From Octopus bimaculoides (Eukaryota): DNA of 64,000 nt. Both the position numbers and the translations under genes were made by a program. Location: positions 58,102,241-58,166,240 of the forward strand of contig NC_068982.1 of assembly GCF_001194135.2 (NCBI RefSeq), written 5' to 3'. Shown one piece after another: positions 1 through 12,000 of the stretch. The notes beneath the pieces are model-generated. The model was not told the origin of the DNA. It did no database searches and saw only the letters and a list, made by a program, of their open reading frames with translations. The first letter of the stretch is position 1. Every line of letters begins with the position of its first letter.

Positions 1-189
1 AGTTCTTAAAAGTAGTCATTCCTAAATTCTGCAATTGAGCTTACTATGCTGTCTGAAGAGAATGAACGTGAAGCATTTTTGGACTTCAACATTAATACCA
101 GCAACTGTTGGTATTATTGTTGTTGTAATTGCTGCTGTAACTGTTGTTGCTGTTGCAACTGCACCATGGAGGCTAATAGGTCATCCATG
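1..189 (-). pseudogene. Decayed gag N-terminus of a Ty3/Gypsy (Mag-like) element, running off the window start
   Basis: Manual translation MDDLLASMVQLQQQQQLQQQLQQQ*YQQLLVLMLKSKNASRSFSSDSIVSSIAEFRNDYF*. The Q-rich start followed by an 'NSIxEF.Y'-like motif resembles Mag-lineage gag. Contains in-frame stops. Confidence 0.6.
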
Positions 190-240
190 TCAATTAATTT
201 TTCTTTGCTTTTGTATCAAAAGAAAATGTTTAATATCTGA

Positions 241-254
241 CATCCTCATCGCCA
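241..254 (-). other. Primer-binding site complementary to the 3' end of tRNA-Ser(GCU)
   Basis: Plus strand CATCCTCATCGCCA versus the recalled vertebrate tRNA-Ser(GCU) 3' end CATCCTCGTCG+CCA: 13/14, and the mismatch is a CpG-type transition. Confidence 0.65.
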
Positions 255-300
255 CTTTTATAAGTGGATATCCTAGTCACCACTTTTATATCCTTCTATA

Positions 301-540
301 TGTTGGATATACAGATTTTATGGAGCAGGGATAGACATACTTCTAATCACTCCACTAAACACGGTACTCCAATAAATCCAAACTCTCAATGATCTCAGCA
401 ACTTCCTATAACTTCCACAAACTCTCAATGCCTCCTACGACTTCTCCTGTCTTAACCATTATACTACTCTTTATAAGAGTTCAGCTAGGCCATTCTTCCC
501 ATCCCACAGGGGTGTCAATGACTCTCACCACAACATGACA
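301..540 (-). mobile_element. Putative 5' LTR (~240 bp) of a Ty3/Gypsy-type retrotransposon
   Basis: Minus strand reads TGTCATG...TCCAACA (TG...CA termini). It lies just upstream of a PBS-like motif and a gag-like frame. No second LTR is in the window, so the boundaries are inferred. Confidence 0.6.
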
Positions 541-969
541 TATACATATGGGAATGTGAAACTCTGTATAAGTGTGTGTATATATATATATATATATACA
601 TGACACACACACACACATGTGCACACAAACATATATACATATATATACACATGACATACACACACACTATATATATATGACATATACATGACATATACAT
701 ATATATATATATATAAATGGCACATACATACATATATATATATATGCACATGACACATATATATATATATATATAAATGACATATATATACATGACATAT
801 ACATATATATATGACATACACACACACACACACACAGATATATATATATATGACATACACACACACACACACACAGATATATATATATATATATACATCA
901 TATATACATATATATACACGACATATACATATATATATATACGCAAGACATATACATATATGTATATAT

Positions 970-1032
<63 letters not shown>

Positions 1033-1035
1033 TGA
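541..1035. repeat. Compound (TA)n/(CA)n microsatellite
   Basis: Direct reading. It accounts for the overlapping YI/HT/CV ORFs in the track. Confidence 0.95.
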
Positions 1036-2673
1036 CTTACATACTTATTTACAGAAAAGAGTCAGTCCCTCTGAAAACCAGTTTACAGATTTTAAAAAGT
1101 ATTTTCTTTCTTTCCACATTTAGTATTATTTAGAAATTGTTTGTTATTTTTAAGTTGTGCCTGTGAGAGTATATGATATGTTGTTGTTGAAGCTGCATGA
1201 TTAGTATTCTGCTTGCAGAAACCTAACTAACAGTCATATATATTTGTTATTACTCTAAACTGTACATCAAACTTTCCAGCTGACAGCAGCACAGCTAAAG
1301 TGTTTTTTGTCATATGCAGATTGTTGCAGGAGCTAAACTCAGTCAAGTCAATGTTTTGATGTGTAGCCTATATAGAAAACAATACACAGAAAGTCAGAAA
1401 CTGAAATAAATAGACAGCCTCTCACACACAATAACACTGTCGAGGATTGGAAAAAATCATTACAGTGTTAGAAAAAATTTCTGGCAGCATTTATTGCAGT
1501 GCTTTGCATTCTGAGTTCAAATCCCAGCAAGGTCAACTTTACCGTTTATTCTTTTAAGGATTAATAAGGTATTGAGTCCCTTGATAAATTCACTTCATTG
1601 TCATATGTCTGAGAAGTAAAATTTATTCAAATTTCCAAACTAAAAAAAAATTTGCAGAGGAAGGACAGACTTAGATAGAAAAAAAAAATAAAAAAACTTT
1701 TAAGACATCACCATTATCATCATTTAACATCCGTCTTCTTTGCTGACATGGGTTGGATGGTTTGATAAGAGCTGGCAAGCCGGAGGACTGCACCAAGCTC
1801 CATCGTCTATTGTGGCCTTCCTAATGTCAACCATTTCACAGAGTGGACAGGGTATTTTTTTTATATGGCATCAACACTATGATAAAAAATATTTTTCGTA
1901 TTAATTTAAAAAATGGAAAGGACTAAAATAAAGGGGGGAAAAAAACGAACAAATTTATGAGACAACCCAATTGAATTCAAGTCATGGGGTAGATTTAATT
2001 GAGTGTTCTCTTCCCCCAAATGCCCAGCCCTGTCTTTATATTAAAAAACAGTTATTTGGAGAAATGGATTTTCAAAATTCTAAGGGAGTCAAGCAAATTG
2101 CCTTGCAAAATTTGTTCTAGTTCTTTATGCTCTAAGTTCAAATCACACTGAAGTCAGTTTTTGTCTCTTTAGTTTTTATCATTCTGGGATCAATGAAATA
2201 AATACCAGTCAAGTACTGGGGCTTATTTAGGCAACTGGTGTTGGTGTGTTTACATCCACGTAACTTAGCACTTCGGTAAAAGAGACACATAAAATAAGCA
2301 CCTAGCTTAAAAAATAAAGAGTACTTATTTGATTCATTTGATTAACAATTTTTCAATGAAACATGCAAACGATAAAAGATTAAAAGAGTGGTATTGGCAG
2401 GCAGAAGTAGTATATAAACAAAGCCCTTGGAAGTAATTAAGAAGGTGACACCAGTCTTAGTAATTCAAGCAAATGGCAGAATTTGCATCACTATCAAACC
2501 CTTGAAAATGTTTGTTTTTAATGTCTTTATACTGTAAAAGTAAATGATAAATGAAAAAAAAAATGTCTTTCATAAGTGAATTTATAAATAAGGAGGGTGC
2601 AGTATGGGATTAATGCAGAAATAGGTTCAAACGAGCTAATCAGATTCTGTCTGGTAAAGTCCATCACCTTTTA

Positions 2674-2778
2674 TTATCTTATCAACCGTTCAAAGCACAT
2701 AGTGCCAGAACGATGGAAATTAGACCAAGTCAACTTGGCAATCCAAGACTTCAGAATGAGTACTGGCATAGTTTCAAT
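2674..2778 (-). other. Candidate coding exon, unassigned (IETMPVLILKSWIAKLTWSNFHRSGTMCFERLIR*)
   Basis: Pyrimidine-rich acceptor ...CTTATACCTTTTGGCAG| then 34 open codons and TAA in non-repetitive DNA. Two plus-strand frames are also open here with a donor AAG|GTATAA at 2788, so strand and coding status are unresolved. Confidence 0.25.
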
Positions 2779-3650
2779 CTGCCAAAAGGTATAAGTTTAA
2801 TCAGAAAAGCACAAGAAGCTAAAGGCAGCCGAACAATGATAGTTACTTTACAGAGAACAGAATACACAAATAGTTTAATGGCCTCATTCCAAACTTCCCT
2901 TTTCTTTATGACTGGCCTATTTATCAATTGTTCATCAGAAATTAAATTGCAAATATTCATTTCGGGTGTTTGAATTATTTCTTATTTATTTATTTATTTT
3001 TTAAGGATATTTTAATTATCTTAGAAATGTATTCATCTGAGAACTAACACAAAAATAATGTGTTCTTTTCCTCCCACTGCATCATTTCAATATGATGGAC
3101 GACTGATGGGAATTTTTGATAGGTGTCATGATGGGATTAACTTTCTGCATTAAGATAATGGTCATGTTTTGTTTGTTTTTGTAGGTTAGTATTCATGTCA
3201 AGACATTTTCTGTTCAACAGCAATTGCTGAATAATTTAGTTCAAACAGACATACAAACATGCTGTGATATGCATGTGTGTATGTGTATGTGTGTGTGTAA
3301 TATGTATATGTATATAGATATCTAGCTAGTTATTGATATACAGGCATATGTGTGTGTGTGAGTGTGTGTGTATGTGGGTATACATATACATGTACATAGC
3401 CCTAAATGCACACATACAGATGACTGCAGCCACATGGTTGAAATGAATAAAAGTATAGTTCAAATTTACAGAAAGCAAAAGACAAAGACAGGTGAAGGAA
3501 CAACAAGCAGGTGTATTAGTTTAATGCTTGGGAAGAATGGAAGAGTCTTTGACGTTTAGAGCCTATGCTCTTCAACAGAAAGGATTAAGAAGAAAAAAAC
3601 AGAGCAAGAATGAAAAAGAAATGGAGAGAAAAATGTAGGGATTACTGGTT

Positions 3651-3690
<40 letters not shown>

Positions 3691-4249
3691 GTACATATAT
3701 TCATGCTTACATACATGTATATACACACAAACACACATACATATATCGTCTACCACAAGAGAACTGATATTCTAAAACAAAGGTTCCATGTAAAAAGTAC
3801 TGGTGATGGTGCCATGTACCAAGCACTGGTGACGGCACCGTGCAGCAAGCACTGGTGATGGTGCTATGTAAAAAGTGCCCAGTACACTGTAAAGTGATTG
3901 GTTTTAGGACGGGCGTCCAACTGTAGAAACCAAGCTAAAACAGCACCAGATTAGAAGATGGCATGCTTGAGTACAAAACTAAAATGACCATATCTTGAAG
4001 ACCCAAATGAACTGTTCATTCATAAACCACCATGAACAACTCATGAACAACACATACATTTTTTGCTTAAAATATTAGCACCAAGTACTTGTATGATCTG
4101 TGTCTGCAAAATAGTTAATACTATTCATGATATAATGATTCCTTCAAAGACAAACCTGTCCACCAAGTCAGAAATCATCGTCATTTATGGTATAATAGTG
4201 TATTTGAAAACTCTTCTTGTTACATGTACCTTTGAATTAATTTGTCCTC

Positions 4250-4876
4250 ATGGCTGTGTGGTAAGAAGCTTGCTTCACAACCACGTAAGTTTCAGGTTCA
4301 GTTCTACAACATGGCACCCTGGGCAAATATCTTCTACTATAGCCCCAGTCAGCTAAAGGCAAGTAAGTGAACTTGGTAGATGGTAACTAAATGAAGCCAT
4401 CCCACACACAAACACACACACACACACACACGTCTGGCACCCATGCCAACGTTGTCTCCTTCATTGGAAACGAAACTTGGCTTGCGAAGACCTATTGGGG
4501 CAAGCGAAAGCGAAAGCATCAATGGTACCTGTGCCCAGCATCGCCTTCCTGGCACTTGTGCCAGATGGCACGTGTAAAGACATTTGAGCGAGATCGTTGC
4601 CAGTGCCGCTGAACTGGCTCCTGTGCAGGTGGCACATAAAATACACCATTTTGAACGTGGCCGTTGCCAGTACCGCCTGATTGGCCTTCGTGCCGGTGGC
4701 ACGTAAAAGCACCCAATACACTCTCGGAGTAGTTGGCGTTAGGAAGGGCATCTAGCTGTAGAAACTTTGCCAAATCAGATTGGAGCCTGGTGTAGCCATC
4801 TGGTTTCACCAGTCCTCAGTCAAATCGTCCAACTCATGCTAGCATGGAAAGCGGACATTAAACGACGATGATGATG
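4250..4876 (+). mobile_element. tRNA-derived SINE head (family A) + (CA)n + RTE-type 3' tail ending in (GAT)n
   Basis: Head with A-box-like TGGCTGTGTGG and B-box-like GGTTCAGTTC. The tail shares GGTTGGCGTTAGGAAGGGCATC...GGACATTAAACGACGATGATGAT with the RTE 3' ends elsewhere in the window. Confidence 0.8.
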
Positions 4877-4878
4877 AG

Positions 4879-5600
4879 GGCACAGTTGTGGCTGTATGCT
4901 AATATATTTGCTTCCCAATCACATAGTTCTCGGTTCCATCCCATTGCATGACATCTTGGGCAAGTGTCTAATGTTATATCCCTAGGCTAACCAAAACCTT
5001 GTGAGTGGATTTGGTAGATGGAAGCTGAAAGAAGTCCATGGTATGTATACATGTATGTATGTATGTATGTATGTATGTATGTATGTATGTGTGTATGTAT
5101 GTGTGTGAGTGTGCTTGTGATTGTTGTAAACAAGTCTCACTGTCATACAATGTCATTCATTTCCAATATTCTAAGGGACCATGTCTGGTCTTGGGGAAAA
5201 ATGACCTTGTTTGGAAACAGGTGACAGTCGGTGACACGAAGGGCTTCTAGCCATAGAAAAGTCTACCTCAATATTCGTCTTCCAGACCATGCAAGCGTCA
5301 AAAAGTAAACATTAAAATGATGTTGTGTGTGTGTGTGTGTGTGTGTGTGCGAACAAGTGTGTGTATGTGTCATTATGTTTGTGTCCATCAACCCTGCCTA
5401 CAGCTTGACAACCAGTGTTGGTTTGTTTATGTCCCCATAACTTAGTGGTTTGGCAAAAAAAGGCCAATGGAGTAAGTACCAGACATGAAAATGAAACCTA
5501 TATACTGGGGTGGATCTGTTTGACCAAAATCCTTCAAGACAGTGCCCCAGCATGGCCACAGTTCAATGACTGAAACAAGTAAAAAAAATAACAGACAGAT
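4879..5600 (+). mobile_element. Family A SINE head + (GTAT)n + alternative tail, then (GT)n + standard family A tail
   Basis: Head 4879-5040. Second tail type 5100-5325, also seen reversed at about 49080-49280 and 15020-15130. Standard tail 5350-5600 ending ...GACTGAAACAAGTAAAA. Confidence 0.75.
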
Positions 5601-6509
5601 AGATGTCATTTGGATTAGAATTTAAAATACCCACCAAACCACTCAGCTACTAAAGCTTTAAAAGGTATTATTAATACACAAAAGGAAAGCTAAACAAATT
5701 AGTTTTCTGTAATTATAAATCATTCACAGTTATATTTGAAAATGAAATAGTTCTTCACAAAAGATGTTCATAANNNNNNNNNNNNNNNNNNNNNNNNNNN
5801 NNNNNNNNNNNNNNNNNNNNNNNNNNNNNNNNNNNNNNNNNNNNNNNNNNNNNNNNNNNNNNNNNNNNNNNNNNNNNNNNNNNNNNNNNNNNNNNNNNNN
5901 NNNNNNNNNNNNNNNNNNNNNNNNNNNNNNNNNNNNNNNNNNNNNNNNNNNNNNNNNNNNNNNNNNNNNNNNNNNNNNNNNNNNNNNNNNNNNNNNNNNN
6001 NNNNNNNNNNNNNNNNNNNNNNNNNNNNNNNNNNNNNNNNNNNNNNNNNNNNNNNNNNNNNNNNNNNNNNNNNNNNNNNNNNNNNNNNNNNNNNNNNNNN
6101 NNNNNNNNNNNNNNNNNNNNNNNNNNNNNNNNNNNNNNNNNNNNNNNNNNNNNNNNNNNNNNNNNNNNNNNNNNNNNNNNNNNNNNNNNNNNNNNNNNNN
6201 NNNNNNNNNNNNNNNNNNNNNNNNNNNNNNNNNNNNNNNNNNNNNNNNNNNNNNNNNNNNNNNNNNNNNNNNNNNNNNNNNNNNNNNNNNNNNNNNNNNN
6301 NNNNNNNNNNNNNNNNNNNNNNNNNNNNNNNNNNNNNNNNNNNNNNNNNNNNNNNNNNNNNNNNNNNNNNNNNNNNNCAGCAAGGAACGGACTGAATGAA
6401 TGAAGTTTAGTATGAAGTCACTGATTGTCCACTCAATATCTCATTAAAAAAAATAATAGACTAAAAATAAATACATAAATAACACGTGTGTGTGTGTGTG
6501 TGTGTGTGA

Positions 6510-6559
<50 letters not shown>

Positions 6560-7074
6560 CTATAAATATATATATAAACATATATAAATATATGTATGTA
6601 TATTTTTATATGTGTATATATGGGCTAAAATAAAACGTTATGTATGTATAAATAAATAGTAGACAAATACCAAAAGCAACAAAAACAAATATATGTTTGG
6701 TGAAAGAGAAAGTTTAAGAAATAAGTGAAACACAGTGCAATATATCTGAAGACATACAGACACAAAAACCTAAAGATTCTGCCTATAGAGCCTGAAGATA
6801 TCAGAAAGAAAGAAGAAAAAAAAAAATGAAGAAAAAGTTGAAAGTGTATTTTTGGTGTTTAAAAAAAATAAATATAAAATAAATATAACTAAACGAAGAA
6901 AGAAAACTGGAAAAATTTTACTACCAAGTACAATCTTTAGTGTAAAAATAACAATTAAATAGATAGCAACAGCGGATAAATAAATAAGAAAATAAATACA
7001 TAAATTAAAACATCAACAAATATGAAAACCACATATTAAATTATTGTAACATTGAAAACCAGGTTTATGTTAAA

Positions 7075-7136
<62 letters not shown>

Positions 7137-7215
7137 TGTATAGATGCATACACACACATGGAAGATTCTGATCTTGTAATCATGTTAGACCACAATTATA
7201 TCTTTGTGTGTCTGT

Positions 7216-7294
<79 letters not shown>

Positions 7295-8143
7295 CATAAA
7301 AATACATACGTGTATGCATATGTGCATGAGCTTGCAAGAACAAAGCTTTTTACATACAGAATAATGTGCATAATACTTCAAGAAGAATATCATATTGCAT
7401 TACTTACGTGTACATTCCCCCCACCCCACACACACACATGTATGCATATTTGTGTATGTGTGTGCTTCTATGTATACATTACAAAGTGGAAGCTTTCTTC
7501 AGGAGTGGTCAACAAAGAGCTTGAGAAGATATTAGAAGCAAAAACAAAAAGTATACTAAGAAAACAGTGTGCAAGACTCTAAAGAATATAGGAAACGCCT
7601 GAAAAAACTTCATTTGATCCAGTTCTTGAATAAGATGAATATGATAAATTATCTTCAAACAAGGTTACAACTAGATAAGTTGGTAGATGGTCCAATAACA
7701 AGTGTACTGTCCCATGGTTCATATTACATCACATTGCAGGTAAGGCACGCACACACATTAATCCATCCATATATACATATATAAAAATCTGTAAAACTTC
7801 CCGAAAGTTTATCATTTAAGTATATTTGAGCATGTCTAGATATGAAAGCATATGCATGATAAGACATACATAAAACAAAACATATAAACCTGCACATATA
7901 CATACATATATATGTACAAAAAATACCCCATTGTTGAAGTTGAATTCCAATGATGGAGCCTTAGAACTAGTTTAGAAACCGGTTCTTTCTCTATTGGCAA
8001 GAAATCTTGAAGTAAAACTGAATAATGACATACATGCATACATACATATATAGCCACCTAAGAATCCATAAGTTAGAAAAAATACGCACTTGTATATCTG
8101 TCAATAGAGTGGGTATATTAATCAAAGTGTACAGTATTGTATA

Positions 8144-8293
8144 CCCCTTATGGTTGATCTTACCAATCGGTTTCACTCTCAGGTTTCAGGGGAATGTTAA
8201 ATAACAGCTCAATATGTAGAAGAGTGCAGTGCAGGGCTGTTATCTAACACCCTGGTGAACCCCTAATGTGAAACGAATTGGTAAGATAAGGTG
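8144..8293. mobile_element. 150-bp palindromic MITE with TA TSD (Tc1/mariner type)
   Basis: Terminal inverted repeats (TIRs) TCTTACCAATCGGTTTCAC and GTGAAACGAATTGGTAAGA, an inner inverted repeat TAACAGC/GCTGTTA, and TA on both sides. Confidence 0.7.
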
Positions 8294-8351
8294 TAATGGA
8301 TATATAATATGGTACATTTCGATTAATATATATACATGTTTTGTCTCTTAA

Positions 8352-8680
8352 CTTTTACTTGCTTCAATCATTAGACTGGATATGATGAGGCACAGGGTTT
8401 GGTTGAAAAAAATCAACCCAAGTACTTATTTTTTAAGCTTGGTACTTATTCTATCAGTTTCTCTTGTTGAACTGCCAAATTACAAGGATGTAAACAAACC
8501 AACACCAACTGTCAAGCAGTAGCGATGGTGGTGGGTACAAACACATAGATGTATATGATGGGTCTTTTTCAGTTTCTGTTATCCAAAACCATTCACAAGC
8601 CTTTGGTTGGCCCAAGGTTATAGTAGATGACACTTGCCAAAGATACCACACAGTGGGACTGAACCTAGAAGCATGTGGTC
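8352..8680 (-). mobile_element. Family A tRNA-derived SINE (decayed)
   Basis: Reverse complement of the head, linker and tail seen at 33725-34128. Confidence 0.85.
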
Positions 8681-8804
8681 AGCTGGTGTTCGATACTTTG
8701 CTCACAGAGCAATCAATATCTAGTGAGTGAAATTGGTAGACAGAAACTGAAGTGTATTGTATATGTATATGGCATGGTTTGTTGATTTAACCCTTAAGCA
8801 TTTA

Positions 8805-8990
8805 TGAGGGGGTGCTAAAAAGTTCCTGGGTTTAAGGGTATCATGAAAGGCCTGGCTGGAGGCCCAATCTTCCAAGTTCTTTTACAAGGTTTCAAAAAAA
8901 CTGAAGGACTGCTGCAATGTGTGAATCTGAGAAGGTAATATGTGGAAGACTTCTTTTACCTAAAGCCAGGAACTTTTCAGCACTCCATTG
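8805..8990. mobile_element. Mariner-derived MITE inserted in a piggyBac-type MITE
   Basis: TIRs TGAGGGGGTGCTAAAAAGTTCCTGG and CCAGGAACTTTTCAGCACTCCATTG with TA flanks. Host MITE halves lie at 8788-8804 and 8991-9190. Confidence 0.75.
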
Positions 8991-9636
8991 TAGATTATTC
9001 TATCAAATTTAATGCTTATTTATTCACATTATTTTGAATTAATCATGCATTATCTCATAGCTTCAAGATTTCACCAATATGATTGTTTATTTTTAGAATG
9101 ACACTGTAAGAGAGATGTGAGCAACCAGATTGGGCTGAACTGAACATAAAATGGGCAGAATATTTCGGGCCTGACATGGTCAGTTTAAATTCTCATGGGT
9201 TGATCAAATTTGATAATTAATTAGTATTTCAGTAACTTATAGTATTCAAGTCAAATTCTGCCGGAGCTGATTTAACTTTGTCAGTACTCTACTAGTAGTG
9301 AGACAACAGAAACAGATTCTTAGATTGTAGGAATTGAAATTCTAACTGACATGAAAGGATAAATCGATTTCATCTGCAATTCAATGTCACAAACAGATCA
9401 TCAGAGCAAATCTCAGCTGATACTGACCAACTCAGCCTCTATTAAGCATAACACTAACCCATAGGATTCTTCTACTTGTTTCAGTTTCCAGAGTGTGGCC
9501 ATGCTGGGGCACTGCTTTAAAGGGTTTAGTTCAGTGGCTCTCAACCATTATTTGCTCGTGAGCCCTTTTGCTTCATATTTTACTCTACTGGACCTCCATA
9601 ATCATTCAATGTAAAAAAAAAAAAAAATCCTACTGT

Positions 9637-10245
9637 CATCATCATCATCATCATCATCATCGTTTAACGTCCGCCTTCCATGCTAGCATGCGTTGGACGA
9701 TTTGACTGAGGACTGGTGAAACCGGATGGCAACACCAGGCTCCANNNNNNNNNNNNNNNNNNNNNNNNNNNNNNNNNNNNNNNNNNNNNNNNNNNNNNNN
9801 NNNNNNNNNNNNNNNNNNNNNNNNNNNNNNNNNNNNNNNNNNNNNNNNNNNNNNNNNNNNNNNNNNNNNNNNNNNNNNNNNNNNTTTGGCAGAATTTCTA
9901 CAGCTGGATGCCCTTCCTAACGCCAACCACTCAGAGAGTGTAGTGGGTGCTTTTACGTGTCACCCGCACGAAATGGTGTCTTTTATGTGCCACCTGCACA
10001 AGCCAGTCCAGGGGCACTGGCAATGATCTCGCTCGAAAATCCTACGGGAGCCAGTCAGGCGGTACTGGCAACGGCCACGCTCAAAATGGTGCATCTCATG
10101 TGCCACCCGCACAAGAGCCAGTCCAGGGGCACTGGCAATGATCTTACTTGGCTTGCCGGGTCTTCTCACGCACAGCACATTTCCAAAGATCTCGGTCAGT
10201 AGTTATCGCCTCTGTGAGGCCCAATGTACGAAGGTCTTGCCTCAC
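9637..10245 (-). mobile_element. 5'-truncated RTE-clade LINE 3' end
   Basis: Minus strand encodes VRQDLRTLGLTEAITTDRDLWKCAVREKTRQAK*, resembling an RTE ORF C-terminus, followed by a repeat-containing 3'UTR and (GAT)n tail. Confidence 0.8.
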
Positions 10246-10319
10246 TGTATTTATATAATTAGATATTATTAGGAATTGTATAAAATGAAATTAAAATATT
10301 TTGTGTTTCATAAAGCATA

Positions 10320-10680
10320 CTCTTTTACTCTTTACTCTATTTGTTCCAGTCATTTGACTGCAGCTATGCTGGAGCACTGCTTTCAGTCAAACTAATCAAC
10401 TCCAGGACTTATTCTTTGTAAGCCTAGTACTTTTTGTATCAATGTAAACACACCAATATCAGTTGTCAAGCCATGGTGGGGGAACAAACACAGACATAAA
10501 AATACATACATATATATACAACAGGCTTTATTCCATTTCTGTCTACAATATCAACTCACAAGGCTTTGGTCATCCTGGAGCTGTAGTAGAAGACACTTGC
10601 GCAAGGTGTCACATAGTGGGACTGAATCTGGAACTATGTGATTGGGAAGTAAACTTTTTACCACACAGCCACTCCTGTGA
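10320..10680 (-). mobile_element. Family A tRNA-derived SINE
   Basis: Full head, (TA/CA) linker and tail, reversed. Confidence 0.85.
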
Positions 10681-11150
10681 CCATAGGCAATTTATTGCAT
10701 ATAATTTTTAACAAAATCTTATATGGAACCCCAAGGGCCATATGGACCCAGGTTGAGAACCACAGGTTTAGTTGAAAAAAAACCAACCTCAGCACTTACT
10801 TATTCAAGTCTAACATTTATTGTATTGGTCTCATTTGTTGAAACACAAAGTTATGGGGGCATAAACCAATACTGGTTTTAAGCAGTTTGAGGGCAAACAC
10901 AATGACAAGCACATGCATTCTTGTTCATGTTGCAAATTACTCCAGATTTCTTGAAATTCTTCTGAGCAATATTTGGATCTGCTTGTCATACATAAGAAAT
11001 TACTTTAGATGCTAATTCTATTTGAATTTATTGGTATCTGACTGTTTGGTATGGTTAATCAAGTTCACTTAACACTGAGTGCTCTCTAGATATCTACCTG
11101 GAATTATGAATCCCTTTTACTTCTTGTTATACATACATACATACATATAT

Positions 11151-11996
11151 ACTCTTTACTCTTTTACTTGTTTCAGTCATTTGACTGGGGCCATGATGGA
11201 GCACCGCCTTTAGTCGAGCAAATCGATCCCAAGACTTATTCTTTGTAAGCTTAGTACTTATTCTATCAGTCTCTTTTGCTGAATCACTAAGTTACGGGGA
11301 TGTAAACACACCACCATCGGTGATCAAGCGATGTTGGGGGGACAAACACAGACACACAAACACATACACACACACACATATACATACATATACATATATA
11401 CGACAGGTTTCTTTCAGTTTCCGTCTACCAAATCCACTCACAAGGCTTTGGTCGGCCCGAGGCTATAGTAGTAGACACTTGCCCAAGGTGCCACGCAGTG
11501 GGAATGAACCCGCAACCATGTGGTTGGTAAGCAAGCTACTTACCACACAGCCACTCCTACGCCTATATATATATATATTATTTTGTTTTATTTTTTTACT
11601 TGTTTCAGTCTTTTGACTATGGCCATGGCAGAGCACTATCTTATAGGTTTTTTTAGTAAAAAAAATTGACACCAGGAATTTTTCTTTGTAAACCTAGTAC
11701 TTATTCTATCAGTCTCTTTTGCCAAATTGTTAAGTTATGGAGACGTAAACACACCAACACTGGTTGTCAAACGATGGTGGGAGGACAAACACAGACACAC
11801 ACACACACGTAAATACACACACACACACACACATACGACAAGCTTCTTTCAGTTTCTGTCTGACAAATCCACTTACAAGGCTTTGGTTGGCCCGAGGCTA
11901 TAGTAGACACTTGCCCAAGGTGCCATGCAGTGGGACTGAACCTGGAACCATGTGGTTGGTAAACAAGCTACTTACCACACAACCACTCCTGCACCT
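11151..11996 (-). mobile_element. Two tandem full-length family A SINEs (11151-11565 and 11593-11996)
   Basis: Each has the tail (...GACTGAAACAAGTAAAAGAG), the microsatellite linker and the tRNA-like head. Confidence 0.9.
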
Positions 11997-12000
11997 GTAT

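Larger units (their letters stand above)
9532..10765. mobile_element. hAT (Charlie-like) non-autonomous element carrying nested retroposons
   Basis: TIRs CAGTGGCTCTCAACC and GGTTGAGAACCACAG. Perfect 8-bp TSD GTTTAGTT at 9524-9531 and 10766-10773. Confidence 0.85.

Noticed and set aside
9340-9430. Possible hammerhead ribozyme (minus strand CTGATGA...GAAA)
   Set aside because: Stem II register is off by one, and stems I and III cannot be formed.
9745-9884. 140-N gap suggesting an insertion within the RTE copy
   Set aside because: The flanks join to the family sequence with only a few bases missing, so the gap size is probably a scaffolding estimate.
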